Positions 34,887 to 44,996 of a DNA stretch of 64,000 nucleotides are shown here, piece after piece. Position 1 is the first letter of the stretch. Every line of letters begins with the position of its first letter. The notes beneath the pieces were generated by a model, which was not told where the DNA came from, made no database searches, and saw nothing but the letters and a program-made list of their open reading frames with translations. The DNA lies in NCBI GenBank assembly GCA_041671125.1, contig JBAZCA010000001.1:136120-200119 (forward strand), written 5' to 3'. The position numbers were made by a program, and so were the translations under genes. This DNA is from Patescibacteria group bacterium (lineage in GTDB: Bacteria > Patescibacteriota > Patescibacteriia > Patescibacteriales > JBAZCA01).

Positions 34887-35921
34887 ATGCAAATTTCAAA
34901 AATTATCGCCAAACTGAAAAATCTTAAAAATCTCTCTACCGAAGAATCTTACGCTCTGCAAAACGAGATTATCAACGGCAAAGCGAGTAAAGAAGCGATA
35001 ATGGAGATTTTTCGGCTGTTTGAAAAAAAAGAAATGACTGACGAAGAATTAACCGGAATTTTAAAAGCCACCCGGGAAAAAATGGTGAGGGTGGCGGTTT
35101 CCTTTCCCTGCCTGGATAATTGCGGAACCGGCGGAGACGGCTTTAATACTTTTAATATTTCCACTGTTTCGGCCGTAGTCTGCGCCGCCGCCGGTATTCC
35201 GGTCGCGAAACACGGCAACCGGGCCGCCTCCAGTAAGTGCGGATCGGCGGACGTGCTTGAAAAACTGGGGGTAAAAATTAACCTGGACGCCGGACAGGCG
35301 AAAAATTGCTTTCTGTCAGCCGGCATAGTATTTATGTTCGCTCCGAATTTCCACCCGGCCTTAAAGTTCGTTAAAGAAGCCCGCTTTGAATACGGAAAAA
35401 AAACTTATTTTAATATCTTAGGGCCGATGTTAAACCCGGCTGGCGCCGCTTATCAGCTGATCGGGTTATCCGATGCTTCTAAAACCAGCCTGATCGGAAA
35501 AACCCTGATCGCGTCCGGCTCAAAAAGAGTGATGATTATCCGGGGAGACGAAGGACTGGACGAAATAAGCGTTGAGAATGACACCCTGATTAATGACTTT
35601 AAAACCAATGATGATGGCGCCGATTTTTCGCTAAAACAGTTTAAAATCAATCCCCGCGATTTCGGCTTAAACACGCATCCTTTAAATGAAATCAGAGGCG
35701 GAGATCCGACCGAAAGCGCGAAAATATTTCTGGACATTTTAAAAAATGAGGCGGGCGCCGCCCGGATTGACGCGGTTCTCCTTAACTCAGCCGCCGGAGC
35801 GCTTACTTTCGGTCGGGTCAATAGCTTTGAAGAAGGAATAGAGCTCGCTAGAGAGATGATCGCCTCCGGAAAAGCCCTGAGAAAACTGAAAGAATTCATA
35901 AAAATATCAAACAGCTTATGA
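34887..35921 (+). CDS. trpD: Anthranilate phosphoribosyltransferase
   Basis: DNCGTGGDGFNTFNIST, AKHGNRAASSKCGSADVLE and NILGPMLNP motifs. Confidence 0.9.
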   Translation: MQISKIIAKLKNLKNLSTEESYALQNEIINGKASKEAIMEIFRLFEKKEMTDEELTGILKATREKMVRVAVSFPCLDNCGTGGDGFNTFNISTVSAVVCAAAGIPVAKHGNRAASSKCGSADVLEKLGVKINLDAGQAKNCFLSAGIVFMFAPNFHPALKFVKEARFEYGKKTYFNILGPMLNPAGAAYQLIGLSDASKTSLIGKTLIASGSKRVMIIRGDEGLDEISVENDTLINDFKTNDDGADFSLKQFKINPRDFGLNTHPLNEIRGGDPTESAKIFLDILKNEAGAARIDAVLLNSAAGALTFGRVNSFEEGIELAREMIASGKALRKLKEFIKISNSL

Positions 35922-36736
35922 ACATGCTTTACCGAAAAACCGGTACAATTCTAGATAAAATCTGCGACAATAAAATTTTAGAAGTGAAAGAAAGGATGAA
36001 AAAAACCGGCCTGGAAGATCTAAAAAAAATAATCAGCGCCGAAAATTTCATAAAAAGGGATTTTAGCGGGGCGCTGAAAAAATCCGGGCTGACGCTAATC
36101 GCGGAAATAAAAAATTCATCACCATCCTTGAGCGGTCGGCTTTTTCGGGACGATTTTAACCCGGCCGAAATAGCTAAAATTTACGAGAAGCGCGGCGCCA
36201 GCGCGATTTCCGTAATTACGGATGAAAAATTTTTCAAAGGAAAACTGGAGTTTATCCCGGCAGTCCGTTCGGTTTCCAGCCTGCCAATTTTAAGGAAAGA
36301 CTTTATCCTTTCCGCCTACCAGCTTTACGAAGCCAAAGCTTACGGCGCTGACGCGGTGCTTTTGATGGCTTCCATCCTGAACAAAACCCGGTTAATGGAA
36401 TTACATAGTCTGGCTAATCAATTAAACTTGGACGTTTTACTGGAAGTCCACGATGAAGATGAACTTAAAACGGCTCTGGAATGCTCTCCGAAAATAATCG
36501 GCGTCAATAACCGCGACCTAAAAACCATGAAGATAGATTTGGATAATTTCGTCCATCTGTCTCCTCTGATTCCCGGCGGTATAATTAAGGTGGCTGAATC
36601 AGGAATCAGCTCAAAGAAGGCTGTTCAAAAAATTAGAACAGCCGGGGCTGACGCGATCTTAGTCGGCACTTCGCTCATGAAAGCCAAAGACATCGGGCAG
36701 GCGATTGATGAACTAATGGCTGGCGATAAATATTAA
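35918..36736 (+). CDS. trpC: Indole-3-glycerol phosphate synthase
   Basis: LIAEIKNSSPS, RKDFI, LEVH and GVNNRDL motifs. The start overlaps the trpD stop (ATGA). Confidence 0.9.
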   Translation: MNMLYRKTGTILDKICDNKILEVKERMKKTGLEDLKKIISAENFIKRDFSGALKKSGLTLIAEIKNSSPSLSGRLFRDDFNPAEIAKIYEKRGASAISVITDEKFFKGKLEFIPAVRSVSSLPILRKDFILSAYQLYEAKAYGADAVLLMASILNKTRLMELHSLANQLNLDVLLEVHDEDELKTALECSPKIIGVNNRDLKTMKIDLDNFVHLSPLIPGGIIKVAESGISSKKAVQKIRTAGADAILVGTSLMKAKDIGQAIDELMAGDKY

Positions 36737-36755
36737 GCCGCCAAATTTATCCGAT

Positions 36756-37523
36756 ATGAAAATAAAAATTTGCGGAATTACAAATCTGGAAGACGCGAAA
36801 AACGCCATTAAACTCGGTGCTGATTACCTTGGTTTTATTGTTGATTTTCCCAAAAGCCCAAGGAGTGTTTCCATGGAAAAATTTATTCAACTGGCATCAG
36901 CAATAAAAAAATGTCAATCGTCAATCCGCCCGGACGAACATCCCCACCAGAATGACCTTGTCGGGCTGGCGTTCGGACGGGTCGTCAATCCGCCCGGACG
37001 AACATCCGTTCGGACGGGTCGTCAATCGTCAATCTCTATCGTCGCCGTAACCGTGGATATGGCTGAAGACAAGTTAAGAGAATTATTGGCGGAAAATCTA
37101 ATTGATGTCTTACAATTCCATGGCCATGAAACCCCGGAATTTTGCGACCAATTCAGAAACAAAGTTGAAGTTTGGAGGTCGTTTAAGATACAGACGACAG
37201 ACGACAGACGACAGACAATAGAAATTCTGGAAAAATTCAAAGGAAAAATTGACCGCTCTTTACTGGACGCCGCGAGCGCCGAAGACAAGGCTAATAACAG
37301 AAACAACCAATTCAAAGATTTTAAGCTGTTTAAAGATTTACAGGCCAGAGGTTATCCGCTCGTCCTCGCTGGCGGGATTAACCCGGATAATGTAGAATTA
37401 TATATAAATAAGCTAAATCCAGAAATAATTGATGTCGCGAGCGGTATAGAAGAGCGTCCAGGAAAAAAGAGTCCGGAGAAGATGAAAAAATTTATGGAAA
37501 AAATAAAACATACAACCCTATGA
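36756..37523 (+). CDS. trpF: Phosphoribosylanthranilate isomerase with in-frame repeat insertions
   Basis: KICGITNLEDA, GADYLGFI and LAGGINPDNV motifs. At 255 aa it is longer than the roughly 205 aa I expect. The excess maps to repeat DNA at 36911-37040 and the cagacga tandem at about 37190-37220. Confidence 0.85.
   Translation: MKIKICGITNLEDAKNAIKLGADYLGFIVDFPKSPRSVSMEKFIQLASAIKKCQSSIRPDEHPHQNDLVGLAFGRVVNPPGRTSVRTGRQSSISIVAVTVDMAEDKLRELLAENLIDVLQFHGHETPEFCDQFRNKVEVWRSFKIQTTDDRRQTIEILEKFKGKIDRSLLDAASAEDKANNRNNQFKDFKLFKDLQARGYPLVLAGGINPDNVELYINKLNPEIIDVASGIEERPGKKSPEKMKKFMEKIKHTTL
36911..37040. repeat. gtcaatcgtcaatcc / ccgcccggacgaacatcc repeat block inside trpF
   Basis: Direct copies of (gtc)gtcaatccgcccggacgaacatcc at 36913 and 36981, plus the hairpin ccggacgaacatccgttcggacgg. 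The cgtcaatcgtaaatc motif also flanks the tRNAs (4660, 9510) and occurs at 54985. Confidence 0.75.
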
Positions 37524-38767
37524 ACATCTTTATTAAAACCAAATACGACGCAGACAGTCGCGGGCATTTTGGAAAACTCGGCGGAAGGTATGTTCCGGAA
37601 ATGCTAATTCCGGCTCTGGAAGAGTTAGAAACTGCTTACGAAGACGCTAAGCGCGACCCGCGTTTTTTAGCCGATCTCATGGATCTTTATAAAAATTACG
37701 ACGGCCGTCCCACCCCGCTTTATTACGCGGAAAACCTTACTAAAAGACTGGGCGGCGCGAAAATTTTTATTAAAAACGAAGGGCAGAATTTAACCGGCGC
37801 TCATAAAATTAACCATTCCCTCGGTCAGGCATTGCTCGCGAGGCGCATGGGTAAAAAGCGCTTAATCGCCGAAACCGGGGCCGGCCAGCACGGCCTTGCC
37901 ACCGCCACGGTCGCCGCTAAGTTCGGATTTAAATGCGCGGTTTATATGGGCAAGGTGGATTATCACCGCCAGCGGCCGAATGTTTTTTGGATGGAGCAGC
38001 TGGGCGCCGAAGTCATCCCGGTTCTGCACGGAACTCAGCGCTTAAAAGACGCCGTAACCGCCACGCTCCAGGATTGGATAGAAAACGTGGATGATACCTA
38101 TTATCTTTTAGGCTCGGCTTTAGGGCCCCATCCCTATCCTTCCATGGTCCGGGATTTCCAGACCATTGTCGGACTGGAAGTAAAAAAACAGCTAAAAGAA
38201 AATTACGGCGTTAACAGACCGGACTGCGTCATCGCCTGCGTCGGCGGCGGTTCAAACGCCATCGGAATTTTTAATCCTTATTTGGATGACCGGAAGGTTA
38301 AGCTCATCGGCGTTGAAGCCGGCGGCCGGGGAATAAAAAAAATCGGCGACCACGCCACCCGGCTCCAGAAAAACCAAAAGCTCGGAGTGGTTGAAGGCTA
38401 TAAATCATACTTTATTCAGGACGGGGACGGCCAGATCCAAAACACCCATAGCATTTCCGCCGGGCTGGATTATTCGGGAATCGGACCCGAACACGGACTT
38501 TTGTATTTAAAAGGCCGGGTGGAATATAAATACGCGACAGACAAGGAAGTTTTAGCCGCCTTTAAACTGCTCGCCCGGACCGAAGGCATAATTCCGGCTC
38601 TGGAATCAGCCCACGCCGTTGCTTACGCCATAAAACTCGCCCCCAAGCTCAGTAAAAATAAAACCATTGTCATAAATCTCTCCGGCCGCGGCGACAAAGA
38701 TATCTTTATTGTGGCCGAAGCGCTGAAAGATGAAAGATGGAAGGAGTATTTAAAAAGTAAAATATGA
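37520..38767 (+). CDS. trpB: Tryptophan synthase beta chain
   Basis: GKLGGRYVPE, GAHKINH (PLP lysine), ETGAGQHG and GGGSNAIG. Confidence 0.95.
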   Translation: MNIFIKTKYDADSRGHFGKLGGRYVPEMLIPALEELETAYEDAKRDPRFLADLMDLYKNYDGRPTPLYYAENLTKRLGGAKIFIKNEGQNLTGAHKINHSLGQALLARRMGKKRLIAETGAGQHGLATATVAAKFGFKCAVYMGKVDYHRQRPNVFWMEQLGAEVIPVLHGTQRLKDAVTATLQDWIENVDDTYYLLGSALGPHPYPSMVRDFQTIVGLEVKKQLKENYGVNRPDCVIACVGGGSNAIGIFNPYLDDRKVKLIGVEAGGRGIKKIGDHATRLQKNQKLGVVEGYKSYFIQDGDGQIQNTHSISAGLDYSGIGPEHGLLYLKGRVEYKYATDKEVLAAFKLLARTEGIIPALESAHAVAYAIKLAPKLSKNKTIVINLSGRGDKDIFIVAEALKDERWKEYLKSKI

Positions 38768-39564
38768 ACAAAATCAATTCACAACTCAATAAAATCAAAC
38801 AGCAAAATCGCTTGGGAATCATGACCCATATCGTTATCGGCTATCCGAACCTTAAAGAAAGTCTCTCGCTCGCTAAACTCATGGCCGGCTTGGGCGTTGA
38901 CTTTATTGAATTACAGCTTCCCTTTTCCGACCCCATGGCTGACGGCCCGACTATCATGGCCGCGAATAAAGCCGCGCTGGATAATGGGACGCGGGTAAGG
39001 GATTGTTTTAAAGCCATGAAAGAATTATCCGAACAGGTTAATATTCCCCTGATTTTCATGGGTTATTTTAATACGGTTCACAGCTACGGCGCGGAAAAAT
39101 TCTGTTGCGACGCGCAAAAGGCCGGAGCGAGCGGCCTCATTTTTCCCGATATTCCTTTGGATGAAGAAAAAGAAGAGGGCTATATAGCGGCGGCGAAAAA
39201 AAATAACCTCATTCCCATCCGCCTCCTTTCTCCGGCTTCCACTCCGGAAAGGATGAAAAAAAATTCCAAAGTCGCCGACGGCTTTCTCTATTATGTCGGC
39301 CGCAAAGGCACGACCGGAGTTAAAGCCGAACTGGACAGCAAATTAAATATACATTTAAAAGAGCTGAAAAAATATTTTAAGATCCCAATTGCTGTCGGCT
39401 TCGGCATTTCTAAACCCGAACACATCAAATCTCTAAAAGGCAAAGCTGCTATAGCCGTTATCGGTTCGGCCTGCTTAAACGCCTATGACAAAGCGCCCAA
39501 AGGCGAAGGGCTTAAAGCGGTAGAAAACTTCCTCGCTCCGCTTATTAAAGAAGCTGGAAAATAA
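38764..39564 (+). CDS. trpA: Tryptophan synthase alpha chain
   Basis: DFIELQLPFSDPMADGPTI and VGFGIS motifs. The start overlaps the trpB stop. Confidence 0.95.
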   Translation: MNKINSQLNKIKQQNRLGIMTHIVIGYPNLKESLSLAKLMAGLGVDFIELQLPFSDPMADGPTIMAANKAALDNGTRVRDCFKAMKELSEQVNIPLIFMGYFNTVHSYGAEKFCCDAQKAGASGLIFPDIPLDEEKEEGYIAAAKKNNLIPIRLLSPASTPERMKKNSKVADGFLYYVGRKGTTGVKAELDSKLNIHLKELKKYFKIPIAVGFGISKPEHIKSLKGKAAIAVIGSACLNAYDKAPKGEGLKAVENFLAPLIKEAGK

Positions 39565-39706
39565 ACTTACTTATTTAAACTCTCCTCTACCGCGATCTCT
39601 TACCCCGGTAGAGACCGGGGCGAGGGGAGCGAGACCCGCTTCGACTCGCCGAAGACGAGGCGAGGAAGGGTTGGGGGGTGAGGGAAAAATAAGGTTAGGT
39701 GAGAGG

Positions 39707-40081
39707 CTAAACTTCGGCGATCGTTTCAATTTCTACGAGCGCGCCTTTGGGGAGCGCGGCGACCTGGATCGTAACTCTGGCCGGATAAGGTTCGGGAAAA
39801 TACTCGCCATAAATCTCGTTCGCCCTGGAAAAATCATTCAGGTCGCTTAAGTACATGGTGGAGCGAACCACGGCGCTAAAATTAAGGCCGGCTTCAGCTA
39901 AAATGGCTTTGATATTTTCTAAAACCTGCCTGGCTTCGGCTTCTATGCCGCCGGTAACCATATTCCCTTCCGTATCCAAAGGAATCTGGCCGGAGATGAA
40001 TAATAAGTTTCCCGATCTAATAGCCTGCGAGTAAGGGCCAATGGCCTTTGGAGCGTTGGATGCGGTTATTGCTTGCTTCAT
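39707..40081 (-). CDS. ridA: RidA (YjgF/TdcF) reactive enamine/imine deaminase
   Basis: APKAIGPYSQA...GQIPL...ARVTIQVAALPKGALVEIE is canonical RidA. It is the last gene of the ilv transcription unit. Confidence 0.85.
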   Translation of the reverse strand: MKQAITASNAPKAIGPYSQAIRSGNLLFISGQIPLDTEGNMVTGGIEAEARQVLENIKAILAEAGLNFSAVVRSTMYLSDLNDFSRANEIYGEYFPEPYPARVTIQVAALPKGALVEIETIAEV

Positions 40082-40120
40082 AAATTTGCATAATTACTAT
40101 TGGCTACAATTAAATAAAAT

Positions 40121-40304
40121 GATGCGAGCATTGAAAAATTTCGGGCGTATCACAAGCGTAGAAAGCGTGCAAAATTCCACTGTTTGAGGACCCGCCGAAT
40201 CGGCGGGGACGAGTTTGGAATTTTGCTAGCTTTCATAACGAGTGATCCGAAATTTTTCACTAGCGAGCGCTTTTTGCGCCACTTTTTCTAAAAAAGTGGC
40301 AAAA
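40121..40304 (+). repeat. Family B structured element, copy 4
   Basis: Lies between the ilvC stop and the ridA start. Near-identical by eye to copy 2. Confidence 0.8.
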
Positions 40305-40307
40305 TAA

Positions 40308-41357
40308 TTATTTCTGTCTTTCCGGCCTTAACGCCCTTACCGCCGCTCCGGCCTGCCACATCTCGGATTCGCGCATTTCTTTCAGCTCCTCATTCAGCTT
40401 AGACCGGTAATCCGGATCGCTGTTGGCTTTTAAAACCACGTCGGTTTCGTCCCCGTTTTTCACCCGGGCGTAAAGTTTTTCAAAAACCGGTTCTACTGCC
40501 TTGCGGAATTCATGGCGCCAGTCCAAAGCGCCGCGCTGGGCGGTTGTTGAACAGTTAGCGTACATCCAGTCCATACCGTTTTCAGCCACCAGCGGGACTA
40601 AACTCTGGGTCGCTTCTTCAACCGTCTCGTTAAAAGCCTCGGAAGGCGAGTGCCCCATCCTCCGCAAGAGATTATATTGGGCTTCCATAATTCCGGCCAA
40701 AGCGCCCATTAATACTCCGCGCTCTCCGGTTAAGTCGCTATAAACTTCCTTTTGGAAAGTCGTCGGGAATAAAAATCCGGAACCAACGGCAATGCCTAAG
40801 GCTTTTGCCCGGTCTTCGGCTCGGCCGGTCGCGTCCTGGAAAATCGCGAAACTGGAATTAAGTCCTTTGCCGGCGACAAAAAGCCGGCGGAGCGAAGTCC
40901 CCGAACCTTTGGGGGCGACTAAAATTACGTCCACGTCTTCGGGCGGGATAATTCCGGTCTTTTCTTTATAGGTGATGCCAAAACCGTGGGAAAAATACAA
41001 AGCCTTGCCTTTGGTCAGGTATTTCTTAACGGTCGGCCAGAGGGTAATCTGCCCCGCGTCGGAAAGCAGGTAGCAGATTATAGTTCCCTTTTCCAAAGCC
41101 TCTTCAATCTCAAATAAATCTTTTCCCGGCTGAAAACCGTCCGCCACGGCTTTGTCCCATGACGCCGAAGGTTTTCTCTGGCCGACAATCACGTTGATGC
41201 CGTTGTCTTTAAGGTTCAGTGACTGTCCGGGACCCTGCACTCCGTAGCCGATCACGGCCACGACTTCGTCCTTTAATACTTCGCGGGCTTTTTCCAAAGG
41301 AAACTCCCCGCGCGTTGTTACTTCCTCTGTAACTCCTCCAAAATTAATCTGTGCCAT
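40308..41357 (-). CDS. ilvC: Ketol-acid reductoisomerase
   Basis: VAVIGYGVQGPGQSLNLKDNG and the class I KARI C-terminal knot domain. Start placed at MAQINFGG. Confidence 0.9.
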   Translation of the reverse strand: MAQINFGGVTEEVTTRGEFPLEKAREVLKDEVVAVIGYGVQGPGQSLNLKDNGINVIVGQRKPSASWDKAVADGFQPGKDLFEIEEALEKGTIICYLLSDAGQITLWPTVKKYLTKGKALYFSHGFGITYKEKTGIIPPEDVDVILVAPKGSGTSLRRLFVAGKGLNSSFAIFQDATGRAEDRAKALGIAVGSGFLFPTTFQKEVYSDLTGERGVLMGALAGIMEAQYNLLRRMGHSPSEAFNETVEEATQSLVPLVAENGMDWMYANCSTTAQRGALDWRHEFRKAVEPVFEKLYARVKNGDETDVVLKANSDPDYRSKLNEELKEMRESEMWQAGAAVRALRPERQK

Positions 41358-41441
41358 AAATATTCGCGCGTAACATATAACATGGAACATATTCTTTCGC
41401 TCATGTTACGTGTTATGTGTTACGTGTTATGTTTTTTTAAT

Positions 41442-43181
41442 TTATTTGCAAATTAACGTATCTTTTAACGCCTGACCCGGCGGCACCATGGGAAAAACAT
41501 TCGCCTCCGGCTCAACGATAAACTCTAAAAATATTGAATTTTCACTCTCCGCCGCCTTTTTAATCATCGGCTCTATGTCGCTTAATTTTGTCACTCGGTA
41601 AGCCTCAATCCCGTAGCTTTTGGCAATTCCGACAAAATCCGGATTTTCAAGCGGCGTGCACATATAATTTTTCTTAAAAAACAGTTCCTGCCATTGCCGC
41701 ACCATTCCCAGGAAACCATTATTAACCATGATTATTTTAACCGGCAGTTTATACTCCATTATCGCTCCGAGCTCCTGCATGTTCATCTGAAACCCGCCGT
41801 CGCCCATGATTGACCAGACTTCCCTTTCCGGCCTGGCGATTTGCGCCCCGACCGCCGCCGGCAGGCTGTAGCCCATGCACCCGAGTCCGCCGGAAGAAAG
41901 AAACTGCCCCGGATAATTAAAATTAAAATAATGGGCGGTCCACATCTGGTTTTGGCCGACGTCGGAAACAATGATTGAATCTTTTTTAGCCTGCCGGGAA
42001 ATCTCTTCAATCACTTCAAAAACAAATATGTGTTTGGTTCTTTTTAATTTAGCTTCGGTTTTTATTTTATCCAGACAGGTTTTTTCCTCCATTTCGCAAA
42101 TCTTATCAATCCAGCCTCTCCTTCGCAGACTGGCGGATTCTCCGCCCGTAATGCCTGCCGTTTTCAAATTTAACACTTTAATAATATCTTTGCAATCGCC
42201 TAAAAGGGCGGCGTCGGCCGGAACGTTTTTCCCGATCTCCCGCGGGTCAATTTCAATATGGATGACTTTAGCCCGCTTAGCGTAGTGTTCAAGGTTGCCG
42301 GTTATCCGGTCGGAAAATCTCGTTCCGATGGCGATGATCAGGTCGGCGTTATGGATCGCTAAATTAGCGTACGCCATGCCGTGCATCCCCACCATGCCAA
42401 AATTTAACGGATGATTATCCGGCAAAACGGAAAGCCCGAGCAAAGTCGTAACAAAAGGCAAATCGTTTAATTCAACAAATTGCTTAAACTCCTCCGAAGC
42501 GCCGGAAAGAATTATGCCGTGGCCGGCGATTACTACCGGCTTTTTTGACCCGCTAATAAGCGCCAGGGCTTTTTCCATTTCGCTTTCCAGGTCTTTTGAA
42601 ATCTTTTTATCAATGCTAGCGCGCGAGACCGCTTCATCGCCCTTTGGATAGACAAATTCTTTTACTTCGGCCTTAATTACGTCCACCGGCAAATCAATAT
42701 GCACCGGCCGTGGCCTTCCGGATCTCGCGAGATGAAAAGCTTCCTTAACGATCCGGGGCAGGTCTTTAACGTCTTTAACAAAATAATTTTTCTTAGTGAT
42801 CGGCCGGGTAACTTCGGTCATTTTTATTTCCTGAAAAGCGTCGGTGCCGTAAATCTTCGTGGACACCTGAGCCGTAATCGCCACCATGCCGATTGAGTCC
42901 ATGTAGGCGTTGGCTATGCCGGAAATAAGGTTTGTCGCGCCGGGTCCGGAAGTACTTAAGCAGACTCCCGGTTTTCCGGTAACGCGAAAATAAGCGTCAG
43001 CCGCCATGGCCGCGCCCTGTTCGTTTCGCGGCATGACATGCTTAATCTCGGGATAAGAGGTAAGCCGGTCATGCAGAGGGATAGTAACTCCGCCCGGATA
43101 ACCAAAAATCACCTCCACCCCTTCCTCCAGTAATGATTTTATTAATATATCAGCGCCAATCATATATTTCTCATAACTCAT
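41442..43181 (-). CDS. ilvB: Acetolactate synthase large subunit
   Basis: GADILIKSLLEEGVEVIFGYPGG and the ThDP motif GDGGFQMNMQEL...NN. Start placed at MSYEKYM. No small-subunit (ilvN/H) gene is adjacent. Confidence 0.9.
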   Translation of the reverse strand: MSYEKYMIGADILIKSLLEEGVEVIFGYPGGVTIPLHDRLTSYPEIKHVMPRNEQGAAMAADAYFRVTGKPGVCLSTSGPGATNLISGIANAYMDSIGMVAITAQVSTKIYGTDAFQEIKMTEVTRPITKKNYFVKDVKDLPRIVKEAFHLARSGRPRPVHIDLPVDVIKAEVKEFVYPKGDEAVSRASIDKKISKDLESEMEKALALISGSKKPVVIAGHGIILSGASEEFKQFVELNDLPFVTTLLGLSVLPDNHPLNFGMVGMHGMAYANLAIHNADLIIAIGTRFSDRITGNLEHYAKRAKVIHIEIDPREIGKNVPADAALLGDCKDIIKVLNLKTAGITGGESASLRRRGWIDKICEMEEKTCLDKIKTEAKLKRTKHIFVFEVIEEISRQAKKDSIIVSDVGQNQMWTAHYFNFNYPGQFLSSGGLGCMGYSLPAAVGAQIARPEREVWSIMGDGGFQMNMQELGAIMEYKLPVKIIMVNNGFLGMVRQWQELFFKKNYMCTPLENPDFVGIAKSYGIEAYRVTKLSDIEPMIKKAAESENSIFLEFIVEPEANVFPMVPPGQALKDTLICK

Positions 43182-43251
43182 AACAAAATTAATTTTTTTC
43201 AATGTTGCGGCAGAATCTCCCGAAGGGGATTCTGCCGGTATAACACAATTG

Positions 43252-44871
43252 TCATGCATTATGTGTTACGTTATATCTATATTTTTCCATCAGTTTTGTC
43301 ATTCTTCTTTCGGGTATTTTTACCTTTTTCAGCCTAAATTTTATTTCCTTCGTGCTCAGTTTAACATTTAACTTCCGTTTCGGAATGTCAATCTCAATAA
43401 TATCTCCATCTCGTACAACTCCAATCACCCCGCCTAAGTACGCTTCAGGCTCAACATGCCCGATCGCCGCTCCCCGGGTTCCGCCGGAAAATCTTCCGTC
43501 AGTTATCAGGGCGCATTTTAAGCCGGCGCCGGAAATCGCCGCGGTCGGAGTTAGCATCTCCGGCATGCCCGGCGCCCCGGCCGGTCCCATGAAATTAATA
43601 ACGATGACATCGCCGTCCTTTATCTTCTTATCACGCACCGCTCTTAACACGGCTTCTTCAGAATGGAACACGCGCGCCGGTCCGGTAATTTTCATCATCT
43701 CCGGTTCCACGGCAGTCTGTTTAACTACAGACGCGCGAGCCAGGTTGCCTTTTAATACCGCGATGCCGCCTTCTTTATAAAACGGATCATTAAGCGGCCG
43801 AATCACTTCATCATCTTTCACCTTGGCCGCTTTGGCAATTTGTTTTATGCTTTTTCCGTTAATAGTATCAGCTTCCAGTAAATATTTTTCAAGCCGCTTT
43901 AGCACAGCTGGCATTCCTCCGGCCCGATCCAGCTCTTCCATGACAAAAGGCCCGGCCGGCCGGATATGGCAGATATTCGGCGTTACCCGCGCCAGGTCGT
44001 CAAACACATGTAGAGGCAGATCAATTCCGCATTCTTTAGCTATGGCCGGGAGATGCAAAGCCGTATTGGTTGACCCGCCGATGGCCATATCCACCCGGAC
44101 GGCGTTTAAAAACGCGTTCCTGGTCATTATATCTCTCGGCTTAATATTCTTTTTTACTAATTCCACGATCCGTTTTCCGGTCGCGTAAGCCTGTTTTTTC
44201 TTTTTTGGATCAACAGCCAAAGTTGTCGCGCAACCGGTTATTGACATGCCCAAAACCTCGGTCATGGCCGCCATGGAGTTAGCGGTAAAAAGTCCGGCGC
44301 AAGATCCGGCTCCCGGGCAGGAAGCGCACTCTATTTCCAGCGCTTCTTTTTTCGTTAATTTTCCGGCCTCGTATTTACCGACCGCCTCAAAATCGGAAAT
44401 TACATCCATCTTCTTGCCGTTCACTTTCCCGGCTTTCATCGGCCCGCCGGTTAAAATCGCCGTTGGCAGGTTCAGCCGTCCGGCCGCCATAAGCATGCCG
44501 GGCGTAATTTTATCGCAGTTCGTTACTCCGACCCAGCCGTCTAAAGAATGGGAGAGCGCCATGATTTCAATATTATCGGCAATATGTTCCCGGCTCGGTA
44601 AAGACAGGCGCATTTCCACGTACATGGCTATGCCGTCGCAAACTCCGGGAACGCCCCATTCAAAAGGCACGCCGCCGGCTGCCCGGATTCCTTTTTTCAC
44701 TTCTTCGGCCAGTTCGCGCAAATGAATATGTCCGGGGATAATATCGTTATACGAGTTGGCCACGCCGATGAAAGGTTTTTTAAAATCATTATCTTTTAAA
44801 CCGGTAGCCCGAAGAAGCGCCCGGTGCGGCATGGTAGCGATTCCTGTTTTTAGCTTTTGTGATGGAAGCAT
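43252..44871 (-). CDS. ilvD: Dihydroxy-acid dehydratase
   Basis: [29 protein letters not shown] and GRFSGGTRG motifs. Confidence 0.95.
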   Translation of the reverse strand: MLPSQKLKTGIATMPHRALLRATGLKDNDFKKPFIGVANSYNDIIPGHIHLRELAEEVKKGIRAAGGVPFEWGVPGVCDGIAMYVEMRLSLPSREHIADNIEIMALSHSLDGWVGVTNCDKITPGMLMAAGRLNLPTAILTGGPMKAGKVNGKKMDVISDFEAVGKYEAGKLTKKEALEIECASCPGAGSCAGLFTANSMAAMTEVLGMSITGCATTLAVDPKKKKQAYATGKRIVELVKKNIKPRDIMTRNAFLNAVRVDMAIGGSTNTALHLPAIAKECGIDLPLHVFDDLARVTPNICHIRPAGPFVMEELDRAGGMPAVLKRLEKYLLEADTINGKSIKQIAKAAKVKDDEVIRPLNDPFYKEGGIAVLKGNLARASVVKQTAVEPEMMKITGPARVFHSEEAVLRAVRDKKIKDGDVIVINFMGPAGAPGMPEMLTPTAAISGAGLKCALITDGRFSGGTRGAAIGHVEPEAYLGGVIGVVRDGDIIEIDIPKRKLNVKLSTKEIKFRLKKVKIPERRMTKLMEKYRYNVTHNA

Positions 44872-44879
44872 AAATAATC

Positions 44880-44985
44880 GTCATTCTGAGCTGAGTGAAA
44901 CGAAGCGAAGAATCTCGTGTTAATTCCGAAAACGACGAGATCCTTCATTCCGTCCCGATGACTCGGGACTTCATTCAGGATGACA
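44880..44985. repeat. Family C palindromic repeat
   Basis: gtcattctgagctgagtgaaacgaagcgaagaatctcg...gagatccttcattccgtcccgatgactcgggacttcattcaggatgaca. Confidence 0.75.
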
Positions 44986-44996
44986 TACTAAAAATT

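Noticed and set aside
43182-43259. N-terminal extensions given by longest-ORF calls (ilvB to 43259, ilvC to 41390, mtaB to 4436, recombinase to 59827, trpG from 34125, trpE from 32623, ybaB from 6462, aroD from 29968)
   Set aside because: The extensions overlap upstream genes or repeat elements. They precede internal Met residues at which the conserved family N-termini begin.
41442-44871. Long antisense ORFs inside ilvB, ilvD and other enzyme genes (e.g. 43352..43780, 43823..44188, 44246..44725, 48438..49097, 31261..31665)
   Set aside because: They lie opposite genes with unambiguous family motifs. Their products are Ser/Pro/Ala/Arg-rich shadows typical of antisense frames, and there is no independent support.
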